From Candidatus Glassbacteria bacterium (GTDB lineage: Bacteria; Gemmatimonadota; CAZMKB01): 64,000 bases of DNA. The DNA lies in contig JBHIFB010000002.1 of assembly GCA_046760905.1 (NCBI GenBank), positions 18,772-82,771 of the forward strand, given 5' to 3'. Shown piece after piece: positions 39,671 through 49,530 of this stretch. How positions within the stretch are numbered: the first letter of the stretch is position 1; each line of letters begins with the position of its first letter. The notes under the pieces are model-generated. The model was given only the letters and a program-made list of their open reading frames with translations. It made no database searches and was not told the DNA's origin. Position numbers and translations under genes: made by a program.

Positions 39671-40033
39671 ATGGTGTTTGGCATCATTCTCGGAGTGATC
39701 GCGCTCATCTCATTGTGGCGCGGCAGAGAGAGTGTCGTCACACCCTTTCTCATCCTCTCTGTGGTTTTCATTCTAATCTCCCTCGTGTATCCGAAGCTGC
39801 TCACCCCCCTTTACTGGCTTATGCTTCGCGTCTCGGGATATATGGGATGGGTCAATACCAGGATCTTGCTCGTGATAGTTTACTATTTGGTCTTTACTCC
39901 CGTTGCGATTCTGTTTAAATTGATTGGGAAAGATCCCCTTTCGAGAAAATTCGAGAAGGAGGCTTCTTCATACTGGAAGAGGAGGGATGAATCCGGTACG
40001 GATACGATAACACAGTATGAGAAACAGTTCTAA
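39671..40033 (+). CDS. SxtJ-like small membrane protein (carbamoyltransferase-associated)
   Basis: About 120 aa, 3 transmembrane helices, immediately after the carbamoyltransferase stop; resembles the SxtJ family that accompanies CmcH/NodU-type genes (from memory). Start taken at the first ATG after the upstream stop; a non-ATG start a few codons earlier is possible. Confidence 0.45.
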   Translation: MVFGIILGVIALISLWRGRESVVTPFLILSVVFILISLVYPKLLTPLYWLMLRVSGYMGWVNTRILLVIVYYLVFTPVAILFKLIGKDPLSRKFEKEASSYWKRRDESGTDTITQYEKQF

Positions 40034-40124
40034 AGCCTGGCTGTTAGTTAAGCTAACATCGGGACAGGAGAGGGGTCATGGAGGATATAATCTGTGCGTT
40101 AGATCTCAAAAAGGAGTTGTGAAA

Positions 40125-40301
40125 TTGACAAATGGGAGTGAATACGGGAAGGGAGCGCTTCTTAAGGAATTCTGGGAGTTTCTGAAAGTGAGGAAGAAGT
40201 GGTGGCTTGGTCCAATCGTACTGATTCTGTTACTCCTCGGATTCTTTATAATATTTACGGAAGGGTCCGCTCTTGCCCCGTTCATCTATGCTATTTTCTA
40301 G
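40125..40301 (+). CDS. DUF5989 (SxtK-like) small membrane protein
   Basis: LLKEFWEFLKVRKKWWLGPIVLILLLLGFFIIFTEGSALAPFIYAIF matches the DUF5989 consensus. No in-frame ATG; proposed TTG start at 40125 has AAGGAG 8 nt upstream (40111-40116). Confidence 0.5.
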   Translation: MTNGSEYGKGALLKEFWEFLKVRKKWWLGPIVLILLLLGFFIIFTEGSALAPFIYAIF

Positions 40302-40956
40302 CTGGAAGGTCCTCATCTTCCTTCCGATTGTTGCGCTTGCATGGGCATCGGGGTTATGCCGTGCAGAAGGAGTAACCCTCGATCAGGTACTCGAGATGAG
40401 CTCGAAGAAGTATAAAGAGATCGAGGGGTTTTCCTCGAAGTTCAAGCAGGTCGTCGAAATTCCCCTGCTCGCGAAGAGAAAGGAATTCAGAGGTGAGCTC
40501 AACTATAGAAGTCCGAACCTGTTGAGACTGGATTACGACATCCCCGAAGGTGGGTATATACTCTGCGATGGAAATTACTTTTACATTTACCTTCCGGACG
40601 TGGATTCTACGAGAGTGATGAAGACTTTTCTCGAGGCAGATCCGAGGTCTTTTCTCACCGAATTCTTCCTTGACGAAGCGAGGGAGAATTACGATGCCGC
40701 TCTAGTGGACTCCGATGATGACGACCATCATCTCACATTCATACCTAAGGAAAACCGGGCTGAGTTACTAAGGGTAGATGTCAGGATCGCGAGAGAGAAT
40801 GGCTTAGTCATGGATATCTCTTACACGGATCCTTCTGGCAGTACTACATCTTATTTCCTCGAAGACCTGAAGATTCAAGCTGAAGCAAAGGAGCGCTTCA
40901 GGTTTACCCTGCCCGAGGGAGTGGAACTCTTAGACCTCACCTCCGACCCATACTGA
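40273..40956 (+). CDS. LolA-like outer-membrane lipoprotein carrier/sorting-fold protein
   Basis: Signal peptide with lipobox-like …ASGLC; LolA-like pattern (…GELNYRSPNLLRLDYDIPEGGYILCDGNYFYIYLP…). Start ambiguous: ATG 40273 or ATG 40288, either overlapping the DUF5989 3' end. Confidence 0.45.
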   Translation: MPRSSMLFSSWKVLIFLPIVALAWASGLCRAEGVTLDQVLEMSSKKYKEIEGFSSKFKQVVEIPLLAKRKEFRGELNYRSPNLLRLDYDIPEGGYILCDGNYFYIYLPDVDSTRVMKTFLEADPRSFLTEFFLDEARENYDAALVDSDDDDHHLTFIPKENRAELLRVDVRIARENGLVMDISYTDPSGSTTSYFLEDLKIQAEAKERFRFTLPEGVELLDLTSDPY

Positions 40957-40967
40957 TAACTGCCGCC

Positions 40968-42329
40968 ATGTCTGAGACTAAGCTTCCAAGAGTCTATTTT
41001 CTCTCTCTGGGATGCTTCAAGAACACAGTTGATTCTGAGCGTATGATACAGGAGCTTTTGAATGAAGGTTTCGAACTCACCGAAAGACCCCAGGAATCGG
41101 GGATCATCGTGGTGAACACCTGTGGATTCATTGATCCAGCGAAAGAGGAGTCCATCGAGGCAATTCTCGAGGCAGCCCTCTATAAAAAGAGTGGTAAGCT
41201 GGAGGCGCTTGTAGTAGCAGGGTGCATGGTGGAGCGATTCCGGGAGGATCTGGAGAGGTTGATTCCGGAGGTCGATTTGTTTCTCGGTCTGGATGAGGAA
41301 GGAGGGATCGGGAAGGCCCTGAAGGAGAAGCTTGGATTAGCACCGGAAATTAAGATTCCCGCGGCCGGCAGAGGCCATGGCAGGGTGTTTTTAACCCCGC
41401 CTCATCTCTCTTTCCTCAAGATCGCGGAAGGCTGTTCACGTCGCTGCAGCTTCTGCACGATACCTTCTATAAGAGGGCAGTTCCGTTCGAAGAGTATCGA
41501 CGAGCTTGTGAAGGAGGCTCAGCACCTGGAATCCCTTGGGGTGCGAGAGCTAAACGTGATTTCCCAGGACACAGTATCGTACAGAGACCGTTCCGGCCGG
41601 GGGCTCGTCGAACTGCTGAGACAGATCCTGTCAAACACTGGGATACCCTGGATCAGGCTGCTCTATCTGAATCCAGCAGGCTTCGGTGACGATCTCATGG
41701 ATTTACTTGGTTTGGAAGAGAGACTCCTCGCTTATGTCGATATCCCAATACAACACATCTCCAATACCCTCCTCAAGAGAATGGGGCGAGGTGTGAGTCG
41801 TGAGGATATAGAAGCATTGATCTGGGCTCTCAGGCAGAGAGTGCCCGGCGTCACACTCAGGACAACAGTGCTCGTCGGCTTCCCCGGGGAGGAAGACGAT
41901 CATTTCAGGGAGCTGCTAGATTTCCTCGAAGAGGTGCAATTCGAGAGGCTCGGCGTCTTCCCTTTTTCGTGTGAGGAGGGCACTCCAGCATCGAGGCTTC
42001 CGGGGCAGGTTGCCGAGGAGGTGAAGCAGGAGAGATGTTTCCAGGTCATGGAGCTTCAAAGAGCTATCTCCTGGAAGAAATGCCGTGCGAGAAGAGGAAC
42101 CAGAACCGAGGTCATTGTTGATACTGCCATTGATAAAGCCGACCCGGACGATGAGGTAATACGGCTTCTGGCCAGGCGGCCGGACATAAGCTTCATCGGC
42201 AGATCCAGATGCGAGGCTTATGAGGTTGATGGCGTCATCTACCTAGCCGGTGAATATGAGGTTGGCGAATTCGCTGACGTTCGGATAGTCGACTCTATGG
42301 AATACGATTTAGTGGGGGAGCGGAATTGA
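40968..42329 (+). CDS. rimO: Ribosomal protein S12 methylthiotransferase RimO (radical SAM, MiaB family)
   Basis: N-terminal MTTase domain (VYFLSLGCFKNTVDSE), radical-SAM CSRRCSFC, C-terminal TRAM. Confidence 0.8.
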   Translation: MSETKLPRVYFLSLGCFKNTVDSERMIQELLNEGFELTERPQESGIIVVNTCGFIDPAKEESIEAILEAALYKKSGKLEALVVAGCMVERFREDLERLIPEVDLFLGLDEEGGIGKALKEKLGLAPEIKIPAAGRGHGRVFLTPPHLSFLKIAEGCSRRCSFCTIPSIRGQFRSKSIDELVKEAQHLESLGVRELNVISQDTVSYRDRSGRGLVELLRQILSNTGIPWIRLLYLNPAGFGDDLMDLLGLEERLLAYVDIPIQHISNTLLKRMGRGVSREDIEALIWALRQRVPGVTLRTTVLVGFPGEEDDHFRELLDFLEEVQFERLGVFPFSCEEGTPASRLPGQVAEEVKQERCFQVMELQRAISWKKCRARRGTRTEVIVDTAIDKADPDDEVIRLLARRPDISFIGRSRCEAYEVDGVIYLAGEYEVGEFADVRIVDSMEYDLVGERN

Positions 42330-42331
42330 TA

Positions 42332-43021
42332 TCATTTTTTCAGCATCGCGTTCAGGACCACCCTGGATGCCTCCTCAGCTTCGTCTATCATGAACTGGAC
42401 CCTGTTAGAAACAAATGAATGCGCAAGGACAGTGGGTATTGCGATTATGAGACCTAAGAGTGTTGTGAAGAGTGATTGAGAGATTCCCGTGAGTAGTGAT
42501 CTGAAACCGTATTCGATTGAAGCAGCTTCCGGTGACAGAATGTTCATGATACCGAACACGGTGCCTGTGACACCAAGGAGGAGTACTATCTTTGCAAGCG
42601 CGGGTAGGTAGCCAATTCCCCACCTGAGTGCACGGAAGGCGCCGAGGGCCACCTCGTCCATCTCTCGCTTTATCGCCTCTTCCTTTTTGGTGATATCAGG
42701 GGAGACGCTGAAGGTGATCTCCGTAAGTGTGTTGTGCCTCGCCAATTCCTCGTTGTGGTTGAAGTTCGTATCGAACTCTTTTAGTCCTGCGATCAGAATC
42801 CTGTTGATGGGGGCTTCAGACCTTTCGCACAGTTCGATGGCACCCTCGAATTCCCTCGCATCGATGCAGATAAGGACTTCTTTCAGAAGCTCCTCGGTGT
42901 TCACCCTGCGCTTTATCAATAATGAATAAAACTTATGCAGGATAAGGGAGAGTATAAGGATGGCGCATATGATTATGAGGTACAGGAACAGCCCGTTGCC
43001 GGGGTTTACGCTGAGCTCCAT
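42332..43021 (-). CDS. Orphan MotA/TolQ/ExbB-family proton-channel protein (no adjacent ExbD/TolR)
   Basis: 3 transmembrane helices; …LLLGVTGTVFGIMNIL… and …LFTTLLGLIIAIPTVLAHSFV… family motifs. Start set at the internal Met (MELSV…), which has GGAGGG upstream. Confidence 0.6.
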   Translation of the reverse strand: MELSVNPGNGLFLYLIIICAILILSLILHKFYSLLIKRRVNTEELLKEVLICIDAREFEGAIELCERSEAPINRILIAGLKEFDTNFNHNEELARHNTLTEITFSVSPDITKKEEAIKREMDEVALGAFRALRWGIGYLPALAKIVLLLGVTGTVFGIMNILSPEAASIEYGFRSLLTGISQSLFTTLLGLIIAIPTVLAHSFVSNRVQFMIDEAEEASRVVLNAMLKK

Positions 43022-43157
43022 TATCCCTCCAGGAATCGTTCCATGCGCATGTGGGAAAGAAAATATGTTGCAGATCCCGACGGATGTCAATAGCCGGATA
43101 ATGAGAAAATAGTGGAAAAAAGGACTCCAGGCCTCATCTCATTGACATTATTCCAGC

Positions 43158-43976
43158 ATGTCAGTATTATTCTTCTGTCTGATTCTGGGTTTCTTTCAAA
43201 GAAGATATCCTGACCGAACACTTATGGAAAAAATTCTCAAAGTCTCGGAGCTTCACCGGAAGGGGATGAGGAGTCTTCTCAGGGAGGATTATGAACGTGC
43301 GATTGACGAGCTCACACTCGCTGTCGAACTTCAACCGAGGTATCCGGATATAAACAATGCGCTGGGAATTGCTCACTACTTCGGCGGATCGAAGGAGATG
43401 GCCATAGAGTACTTCAAAAGGGCCTGCGAAATAAATCCGAATTACATAGAAGCCAGGCTACATCTCGCGTTCACTCTCATAGAATGTGGGGACATTGGTG
43501 AAGGTGTCTCACTGCTGGAGGAGATTCCACACCTTGATGAGGAAAGGGAGGGGAGGTGCGAGTCCAGGAGCGTAATGATGTGTGAAATGCACACGCAACT
43601 TGGCCAGATGTACGAGAAGACGGGAGAGTTGCTGGATGCGATGAATGAATACAAAAAAGCCCTGCGGCTTCAGCCTGATTTCCTCGATATCGCACTGAAG
43701 CTTGCGAGAACATATTCAAAACTCGAACTCTTCGAAGAAGCTCATCGGGAATTCCACAGGATTCTGCAGGTGAACATGGAATACCACGAGGCGCGGTTGG
43801 AGTTGGGTATGTTGTTCATGAGGGAGGGTAAGTACGAAGATGCCAGAAAACAGTGGGAAAGATGCCTAAAGAGCGAAGCGCATGAAGCGAGGGCGAGGTT
43901 TTATCTGAAGAGATTGCTAAGGGGGGATTTTAAAGAAGTAAAAGGGAGGGACTTTCTAAAATCCGGGAGGGATTGA
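43158..43976 (+). CDS. TPR-repeat protein
   Basis: Multiple TPRs (…YERAIDELTLAVELQPRYPDINNALGIAHYF…AIEYFKRACEINPNY…). Confidence 0.55.
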   Translation: MSVLFFCLILGFFQRRYPDRTLMEKILKVSELHRKGMRSLLREDYERAIDELTLAVELQPRYPDINNALGIAHYFGGSKEMAIEYFKRACEINPNYIEARLHLAFTLIECGDIGEGVSLLEEIPHLDEEREGRCESRSVMMCEMHTQLGQMYEKTGELLDAMNEYKKALRLQPDFLDIALKLARTYSKLELFEEAHREFHRILQVNMEYHEARLELGMLFMREGKYEDARKQWERCLKSEAHEARARFYLKRLLRGDFKEVKGRDFLKSGRD

Positions 43977-44028
43977 TATCAATATATCGATATCAAGCTG
44001 TGATCGAGCTGAGCTTCGAATAAATTAG

Positions 44029-44943
44029 ATGGATATGAATCTGAAACTCCGGTCTCTGGCTTTTTCGGCCGCGCTGTTTTTACTCCTCTTGAATTGTTCC
44101 CTCGGATCGCATGAGAGAAGAGGGGATAGTTATTTCAACAAGGGTAAATACAGGGATGCTCTTGCAGAATTCCTTATAGCACGTCGGGATGATCCTTCGT
44201 CCACTCAACTCCTCTTCAAAATAGGTGTCACCTCGACCCGTCTCAAGGACATGGGAATGGCTTGCGCCTATTACGATACGCTGCTCGCCCTCGATTCCTC
44301 GAGAACGCGATGGATAATCAAGGATCTCTTTCAGTTCGGCGTGAAAAGCCTCAATGAAGGGGAGCCGGTTTTGATGAGGGAGGCATTCCAGAAAGTCCTC
44401 GATATAGACTCAACCTATAACCTCGGTGATTCTTTTTATCCGCTGGGTAGGTCTTATAAAGATGCCGGTCAGTATGAAAGAGCCGTGAGGGCGTACCTGA
44501 AGGCATTGTCCTTCTCACCCGATTCACCGGAGGCAATCACGGTCCTTTTCGAACTGGCACAATGCTATGAGGAACTTGGAAAATATAAGGAGGCGCTGTC
44601 ATACTACGAGGATTATATCGAGCAGATAGACGAGGGAGCCACAGATGAGGTTCTATGGCATGTTGGCAATACCGCCTATAAGCTAGCCGATCGATTATAT
44701 GGGGAAGGGAACCTGGAGGAAGCACAAGAGTATCTTAAGATGGTAATCGAGCTGGGACGACCACAGGTTTTGCTGATCGATGCGTGGTTTCTTTCGGGTG
44801 AGATCTTTTATGCGAGCGAGGAATACGATAAGGCACTCGAGGCGTATTCCGAAGTATTGAATCTGAATCCAAGCCGTACGATGAAGGTTGCAACACAGAG
44901 TCTTGAAAGGATACGGGAGATAAAATACGGCAGGGTGAGATGA
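44029..44943 (+). CDS. TPR-repeat lipoprotein
   Basis: Signal with lipobox LLLLNCS; TPR units throughout. Confidence 0.55.
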   Translation: MDMNLKLRSLAFSAALFLLLLNCSLGSHERRGDSYFNKGKYRDALAEFLIARRDDPSSTQLLFKIGVTSTRLKDMGMACAYYDTLLALDSSRTRWIIKDLFQFGVKSLNEGEPVLMREAFQKVLDIDSTYNLGDSFYPLGRSYKDAGQYERAVRAYLKALSFSPDSPEAITVLFELAQCYEELGKYKEALSYYEDYIEQIDEGATDEVLWHVGNTAYKLADRLYGEGNLEEAQEYLKMVIELGRPQVLLIDAWFLSGEIFYASEEYDKALEAYSEVLNLNPSRTMKVATQSLERIREIKYGRVR

Positions 44944-45728
44944 TTTCACGCGACCTGGTTTTAATTGCGCTTCTGCTTCTTATATGGGGCTGTGGACAGA
45001 AGAATCTGCCGGAGGACCTTACCGCCCAAGAACTTTTCAACAGGGGAGAGATGGAGCTTGAGGGTGGGGACCAAGGAAAGGCCGTTGAGTCGTTTCAGAG
45101 AATAATATATGAATTCCCGGGAAGTGAATACGTCGAGAAAGCAAGGCTCAAGCTCGCTGACGCACGCTTCCTGAGTGGAGATTATCTTCTGGCGGCAAAC
45201 GAGTACGAAAGGTTCTCCAGAGACTTCCCGTTGAATCCGAAGGCAGATGAAGCGCTTTTCAAAGCGGCCTATTCACATGAGAAAGTATCCGAGGCTTACA
45301 GTCTCGACCAGACCGAGACGCAGAAGGCAATATCGCTTTATGAGGCGATCAATGGGAAATATCCGGATAGTGACTACGCCGATTCCGCCACCGTACGATG
45401 TTACTTTCTCAAGGATAGGCTTGCAAAAAAGACATTCGAGAACGGTTATTTCTACTACAAGAGAGAACTCTATGATTCAGCTATAATCTACTTCGAAACA
45501 ATGATTGAGGAATACGAATCATCGAGCTGGCTCGCGGCGGCGTATTTCTACCTGGCGAAATCATACGATAAGCTTAAGCTTCCTGATGAGGCACGTAGAG
45601 TTCGACTGAAACTCTTAGAAGAGTATCCGATGACCATCGAAGCAATCGAAGTCATGAATGAATTTCCGGAGCTTATCCCTTCTGAGCCTGCCATTGGTGA
45701 GAATACGAAAGGAGGTGGAACAGGGTGA
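44940..45728 (+). CDS. bamD: Outer-membrane protein assembly factor BamD-like TPR lipoprotein
   Basis: Lipobox LIWGCGQ; …ELFNRGEMELEGGDQGKAVESFQRIIYEFPGSEYVEKARLKLADARFLSGDYLLAANEYERF… typical of BamD/YfiO; 4-nt overlap with the upstream TPR gene. Confidence 0.55.
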   Translation: MISRDLVLIALLLLIWGCGQKNLPEDLTAQELFNRGEMELEGGDQGKAVESFQRIIYEFPGSEYVEKARLKLADARFLSGDYLLAANEYERFSRDFPLNPKADEALFKAAYSHEKVSEAYSLDQTETQKAISLYEAINGKYPDSDYADSATVRCYFLKDRLAKKTFENGYFYYKRELYDSAIIYFETMIEEYESSSWLAAAYFYLAKSYDKLKLPDEARRVRLKLLEEYPMTIEAIEVMNEFPELIPSEPAIGENTKGGGTG

Positions 45729-46324
45729 AGAAGCTAGGTGTATTTGGGGGTAGTTTCGATCCCATACACACGGGTCACCTTATTGTAGCTCAGGATGTTC
45801 TCTGTGCCCTATCCCTGGATGAAATAATGTTCATCCCGGCCTGTGTGCCACCTCATAAGAAAGGGATCGAACTGTCTGAGACCCGACACCGTCTGAGGAT
45901 GGTCGAGATTGCGACACACAACAACCCGAACTTCAGTGCCTCTGATATGGAGCTGAAAAGGGGAGGTGTCTCATATACGATTGATACTATCAGGCAGCTA
46001 CGAAGCGGCCTTTCAGCTGATGTAGAACTCTTCTTCATTGTTGGTTCAGATAACATTCCCGATATCCAGACATGGAAGGAGCCATGGGAACTGGTGAAGT
46101 TATGCAAGCTCGTCACTATACACCGGCCCGGTTTCAGGGACATAGATATACTTCCCGAGCTCAAGGAACACGTTACCAGCGTAGCGGTAACCTCCGTCGA
46201 CATATCATCTCGAGATATCAGGCAGAGGGTTCGAAACGGGAGACCGATACGGTATCTCGTACCTGAGGAGGTGGAACGTTACATACTGAAGGAAGAACTC
46301 TACAAGAGTGCTCGCCGGTCTTGA
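45725..46324 (+). CDS. nadD: Nicotinate-nucleotide adenylyltransferase
   Basis: LGVFGGSFDPIHTGHL (HxGH nucleotidyltransferase motif); 199 aa. Confidence 0.85.
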   Translation: MKKLGVFGGSFDPIHTGHLIVAQDVLCALSLDEIMFIPACVPPHKKGIELSETRHRLRMVEIATHNNPNFSASDMELKRGGVSYTIDTIRQLRSGLSADVELFFIVGSDNIPDIQTWKEPWELVKLCKLVTIHRPGFRDIDILPELKEHVTSVAVTSVDISSRDIRQRVRNGRPIRYLVPEEVERYILKEELYKSARRS

Positions 46325-46421
46325 TGGATAGGGCAATGGAGTTATATTAAGTAAATGACGCAGACGCATCGCGCCGCGGCCAAACATACAGAAAGCGTGT
46401 AGAATCCACGAGGAAAGGTCC

Positions 46422-49400
46422 ATGTTCAAAGGCATTATCCGTAAGATGTTCAAGACAAAATTCGAAAGAGAGGTCATCCGGCTCTCCCCAATCGTAGATG
46501 AAATCAATCGAAACTACGAAGCTTTCAGGGCCCTCTCTGACGAAGAAATACTCGCTAAAACGGAGGATTTCAAAAAGAGGGCTGCTGACGGGGAATCGCT
46601 GGATGATATGTTACCGGAGGCGTATGGCCTCGTGAAAGAGGTCTGTCGAAGGCTGTGCGGAAAGACGATTACGGTGACCGGCCACGAAGTCCTTTGGGAG
46701 ATGATTCCGTACGATGTGCAGCTGATCGGCGCAATAGTGCTGCATCAGGGAAAGATAGCGGAGATGGCCACCGGCGAGGGAAAAACGCTCGTTGCCACAA
46801 TGCCGCTTTACCTCAATGCATTGACGGGCAAGGGGACTCACCTTGTCACCGTGAACGATTATCTCGCAAAGAGAGACAGCGAGTGGATGGGGCCGGTGTA
46901 TCAATTACTGGGTCTCACAGTTGGCTGCATACAGCATGACATAAGAACTGAAGAGCGGAAAGCAGCTTATCAGTGTGACATCACCTATGGGACGAATAAC
47001 GAGTTCGGATTCGACTATCTCCGGGACAACATGGCGGTACGGCTGGAAGACCGGGTCCAGCGCGGCCATCATTATGCGATCGTGGACGAGGTCGACTCGG
47101 TTCTGATCGATGAGGCCAGAACCCCCCTGATCATCTCAGGGCCCGTGGGCGAATCGACTCAGAAGTATAAGGAATACAAGCAGACGGTCGAGTCACTCGT
47201 TGGGGCTCAGGTGAGACTCGTGAACAAGATCCTCGCCGAGGCACAGGAGCTCATGGAGCAGGAGGATAAGGAATACGAAGCGGGTATTAAACTGTTTCAG
47301 GCATACCGTGGGATGCCGAAGAACAAGAAACTCATAAAGATCCTCGGCAAGCCGGGGATGAAAAAGCTCTTGCAGAGGATCGAGGCCGATTTCATGCGTG
47401 AGAAGAAGGTACATGAGCTCGACGAGGAACTTTACTTCGCCATGGATGAGAAGGGACACAACATAGCGCTCACCGATATCGGAAGGGAAAAACTCTCACC
47501 CCGTGATCCCAACCTCTTCGTCATACCGGATTTGAGCGTAAGCTTTGGTGAGATAGATGGCCGTGAAGACCTCACGAGGGAGGAGAAGGCGCGGGAGAAG
47601 CTCAAGCTGGAGCGGGAATACAGCGAGAAAAGCGAAAGAATACACAACATCCATCAACTGCTGAAGGCGTATGTCCTGTTCGAGAAGGATGTTGAATACG
47701 TTCTTCAGGATGGGAAGGTGATGATCGTCGATGAGTTTACAGGCAGGCTCATGCCCGGCAGGCGATTCTCCGACGGTCTCCATATGGCACTGGAGGCGAA
47801 AGAGGGGGTCAAGATCGAAGGGGAGACGCAGACCCTCGCCACGATCACCCTTCAGAATTACTTCCGTCTCTATCAGAAGCTCGCCGGTATGACGGGGACG
47901 GCGGAAACGGAGGAGAATGAATTTTGGGATATCTATAAGCTCGAAGTCGTAGTCATCCCCACAAATAGACCTGTGAGGAGGATCGACTACGATGATGAGA
48001 TTTATAAGACGAAGCGAGAGAAGTACAAAGCCATAATCGATGAAATCGAGAAGGCACATGACCAGGGACGACCGGTTCTCGTGGGTACCATTTCCGTTGA
48101 TGTATCGGAAACTCTATCCAGGATGTTGAAGCGCCGTGCAATAAAGCATCATGTCTTAAACGCGAAATATCATCAGCAGGAAGCTGAAATAATCGCAAGG
48201 GCGGGAGAGCCGGGTGCTGTTACGATAGCGACTAACATGGCCGGGCGAGGGACGGACATTAAGCTTGGACCCGGCGTCGTGAGGTGCTCCAACTGTCTTC
48301 TTCTTCACCAGGAAGATCCAATGGCCGGCGAACCCGTAGGCGATAACCTGCCGGAAGGATACACGGGTGAGCTTGATTGCCGGGCGGAAATGCCTTGCGG
48401 CCTTTACGTGATAGCAACGGAGAGACATGAAGCAAGGAGGATCGACAGGCAATTGAGGGGAAGGTGTGCCAGGCAGGGTGATGCCGGTGCGAGCAAATTT
48501 TACCTCTCCCTTGAAGATGACCTGATGAGGCTGTTCGGGTCTGACAGGATCGCCGGCATAATGGATAAACTCGGTGCGGAAGAGGGTGAGAGGATCACCC
48601 ACCCCCTGGTCACTCGCTCCATACAGAAGGCCCAGCAGAGAGTCGAGGCTCACAACTTCGAGATAAGGAAACATCTGTTGGAGTATGACGATGTAATGAA
48701 TCAGCAGAGGGAAGTCATTTACGATCTCAGGCTGCGTATACAGGAAGGACATGATCTGGAAGGACATTTAAAGGAGATGGTAGAGGGATCGGTAAGGAAG
48801 AAACTGGAAGATCATGTCGATCCGAAAGCGCATCCAGAGGAGTGGGATATCAAAGGCCTCGCTGAGGATATAATGCTGAGTTACCTGATACGCCTTCCAA
48901 TCGAGAGGTGGATGGATGAGGACATCAGGTTCGATGACATAGAGGAAAACACACTGAGAATAGCAAATGAAGCCATCGATGAGAGGCTCAAACTCATCGA
49001 TGAAGACAGACGGTCATTTCTTCTCCAGAGGATACTCCTCGCCGTAATCGATGATAAATGGAAGGATCATCTCTATGACTTGGATCATCTGAAAAGCGGT
49101 ATAGGCTTCAGAGCATACGGGCAGAAGGATCCGCTTCTTGAGTACAAACAGGAAGCCTACGACATGTTTGTGGATCTCCTCGACAATATAAACCACGAGG
49201 TGACTTCCATCTTCTTCAAGGCTCCGATAATGACCGCGGCACCCGTGGGCGAAAGGGCGCCGGTAAGGGGAGTGGAAGTCAGCAGGGCCCCGGTTTCGGC
49301 GTTCGATTCTGCCCGTGCAGCCACAGCAGGACAGAGTGCCATGGAGGCCGGTGTTCCGATAGCGGCATCTCCTGGTGCGGTGGGGGAAGGGAGGCAACAG

Positions 49401-49502
49401 GAGCCGTCGAGAGAACCTGTGAGAGTTGGGCCGAAGGTGGGAAGGAATCAACCATGCCCCTGCGGCAGCGGGAAGAAGTACAAAAAGTGCTGCGGCAGGT
49501 GA
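46422..49502 (+). CDS. secA: Preprotein translocase ATPase SecA
   Basis: 1026 aa; DEAD motor motifs; C-terminal zinc finger QPCPCGSGKKYKKCCG. Confidence 0.95.
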   Translation: MFKGIIRKMFKTKFEREVIRLSPIVDEINRNYEAFRALSDEEILAKTEDFKKRAADGESLDDMLPEAYGLVKEVCRRLCGKTITVTGHEVLWEMIPYDVQLIGAIVLHQGKIAEMATGEGKTLVATMPLYLNALTGKGTHLVTVNDYLAKRDSEWMGPVYQLLGLTVGCIQHDIRTEERKAAYQCDITYGTNNEFGFDYLRDNMAVRLEDRVQRGHHYAIVDEVDSVLIDEARTPLIISGPVGESTQKYKEYKQTVESLVGAQVRLVNKILAEAQELMEQEDKEYEAGIKLFQAYRGMPKNKKLIKILGKPGMKKLLQRIEADFMREKKVHELDEELYFAMDEKGHNIALTDIGREKLSPRDPNLFVIPDLSVSFGEIDGREDLTREEKAREKLKLEREYSEKSERIHNIHQLLKAYVLFEKDVEYVLQDGKVMIVDEFTGRLMPGRRFSDGLHMALEAKEGVKIEGETQTLATITLQNYFRLYQKLAGMTGTAETEENEFWDIYKLEVVVIPTNRPVRRIDYDDEIYKTKREKYKAIIDEIEKAHDQGRPVLVGTISVDVSETLSRMLKRRAIKHHVLNAKYHQQEAEIIARAGEPGAVTIATNMAGRGTDIKLGPGVVRCSNCLLLHQEDPMAGEPVGDNLPEGYTGELDCRAEMPCGLYVIATERHEARRIDRQLRGRCARQGDAGASKFYLSLEDDLMRLFGSDRIAGIMDKLGAEEGERITHPLVTRSIQKAQQRVEAHNFEIRKHLLEYDDVMNQQREVIYDLRLRIQEGHDLEGHLKEMVEGSVRKKLEDHVDPKAHPEEWDIKGLAEDIMLSYLIRLPIERWMDEDIRFDDIEENTLRIANEAIDERLKLIDEDRRSFLLQRILLAVIDDKWKDHLYDLDHLKSGIGFRAYGQKDPLLEYKQEAYDMFVDLLDNINHEVTSIFFKAPIMTAAPVGERAPVRGVEVSRAPVSAFDSARAATAGQSAMEAGVPIAASPGAVGEGRQQEPSREPVRVGPKVGRNQPCPCGSGKKYKKCCGR

Positions 49503-49530
49503 GACCGGGACCTATCTTATACCGTTTTAT

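Noticed and set aside
46393-46405. Extended -10-like TGTAGAAT upstream of secA
   Set aside because: The TG is directly fused to the hexamer (wrong spacing). No credible -35. Left uncalled.
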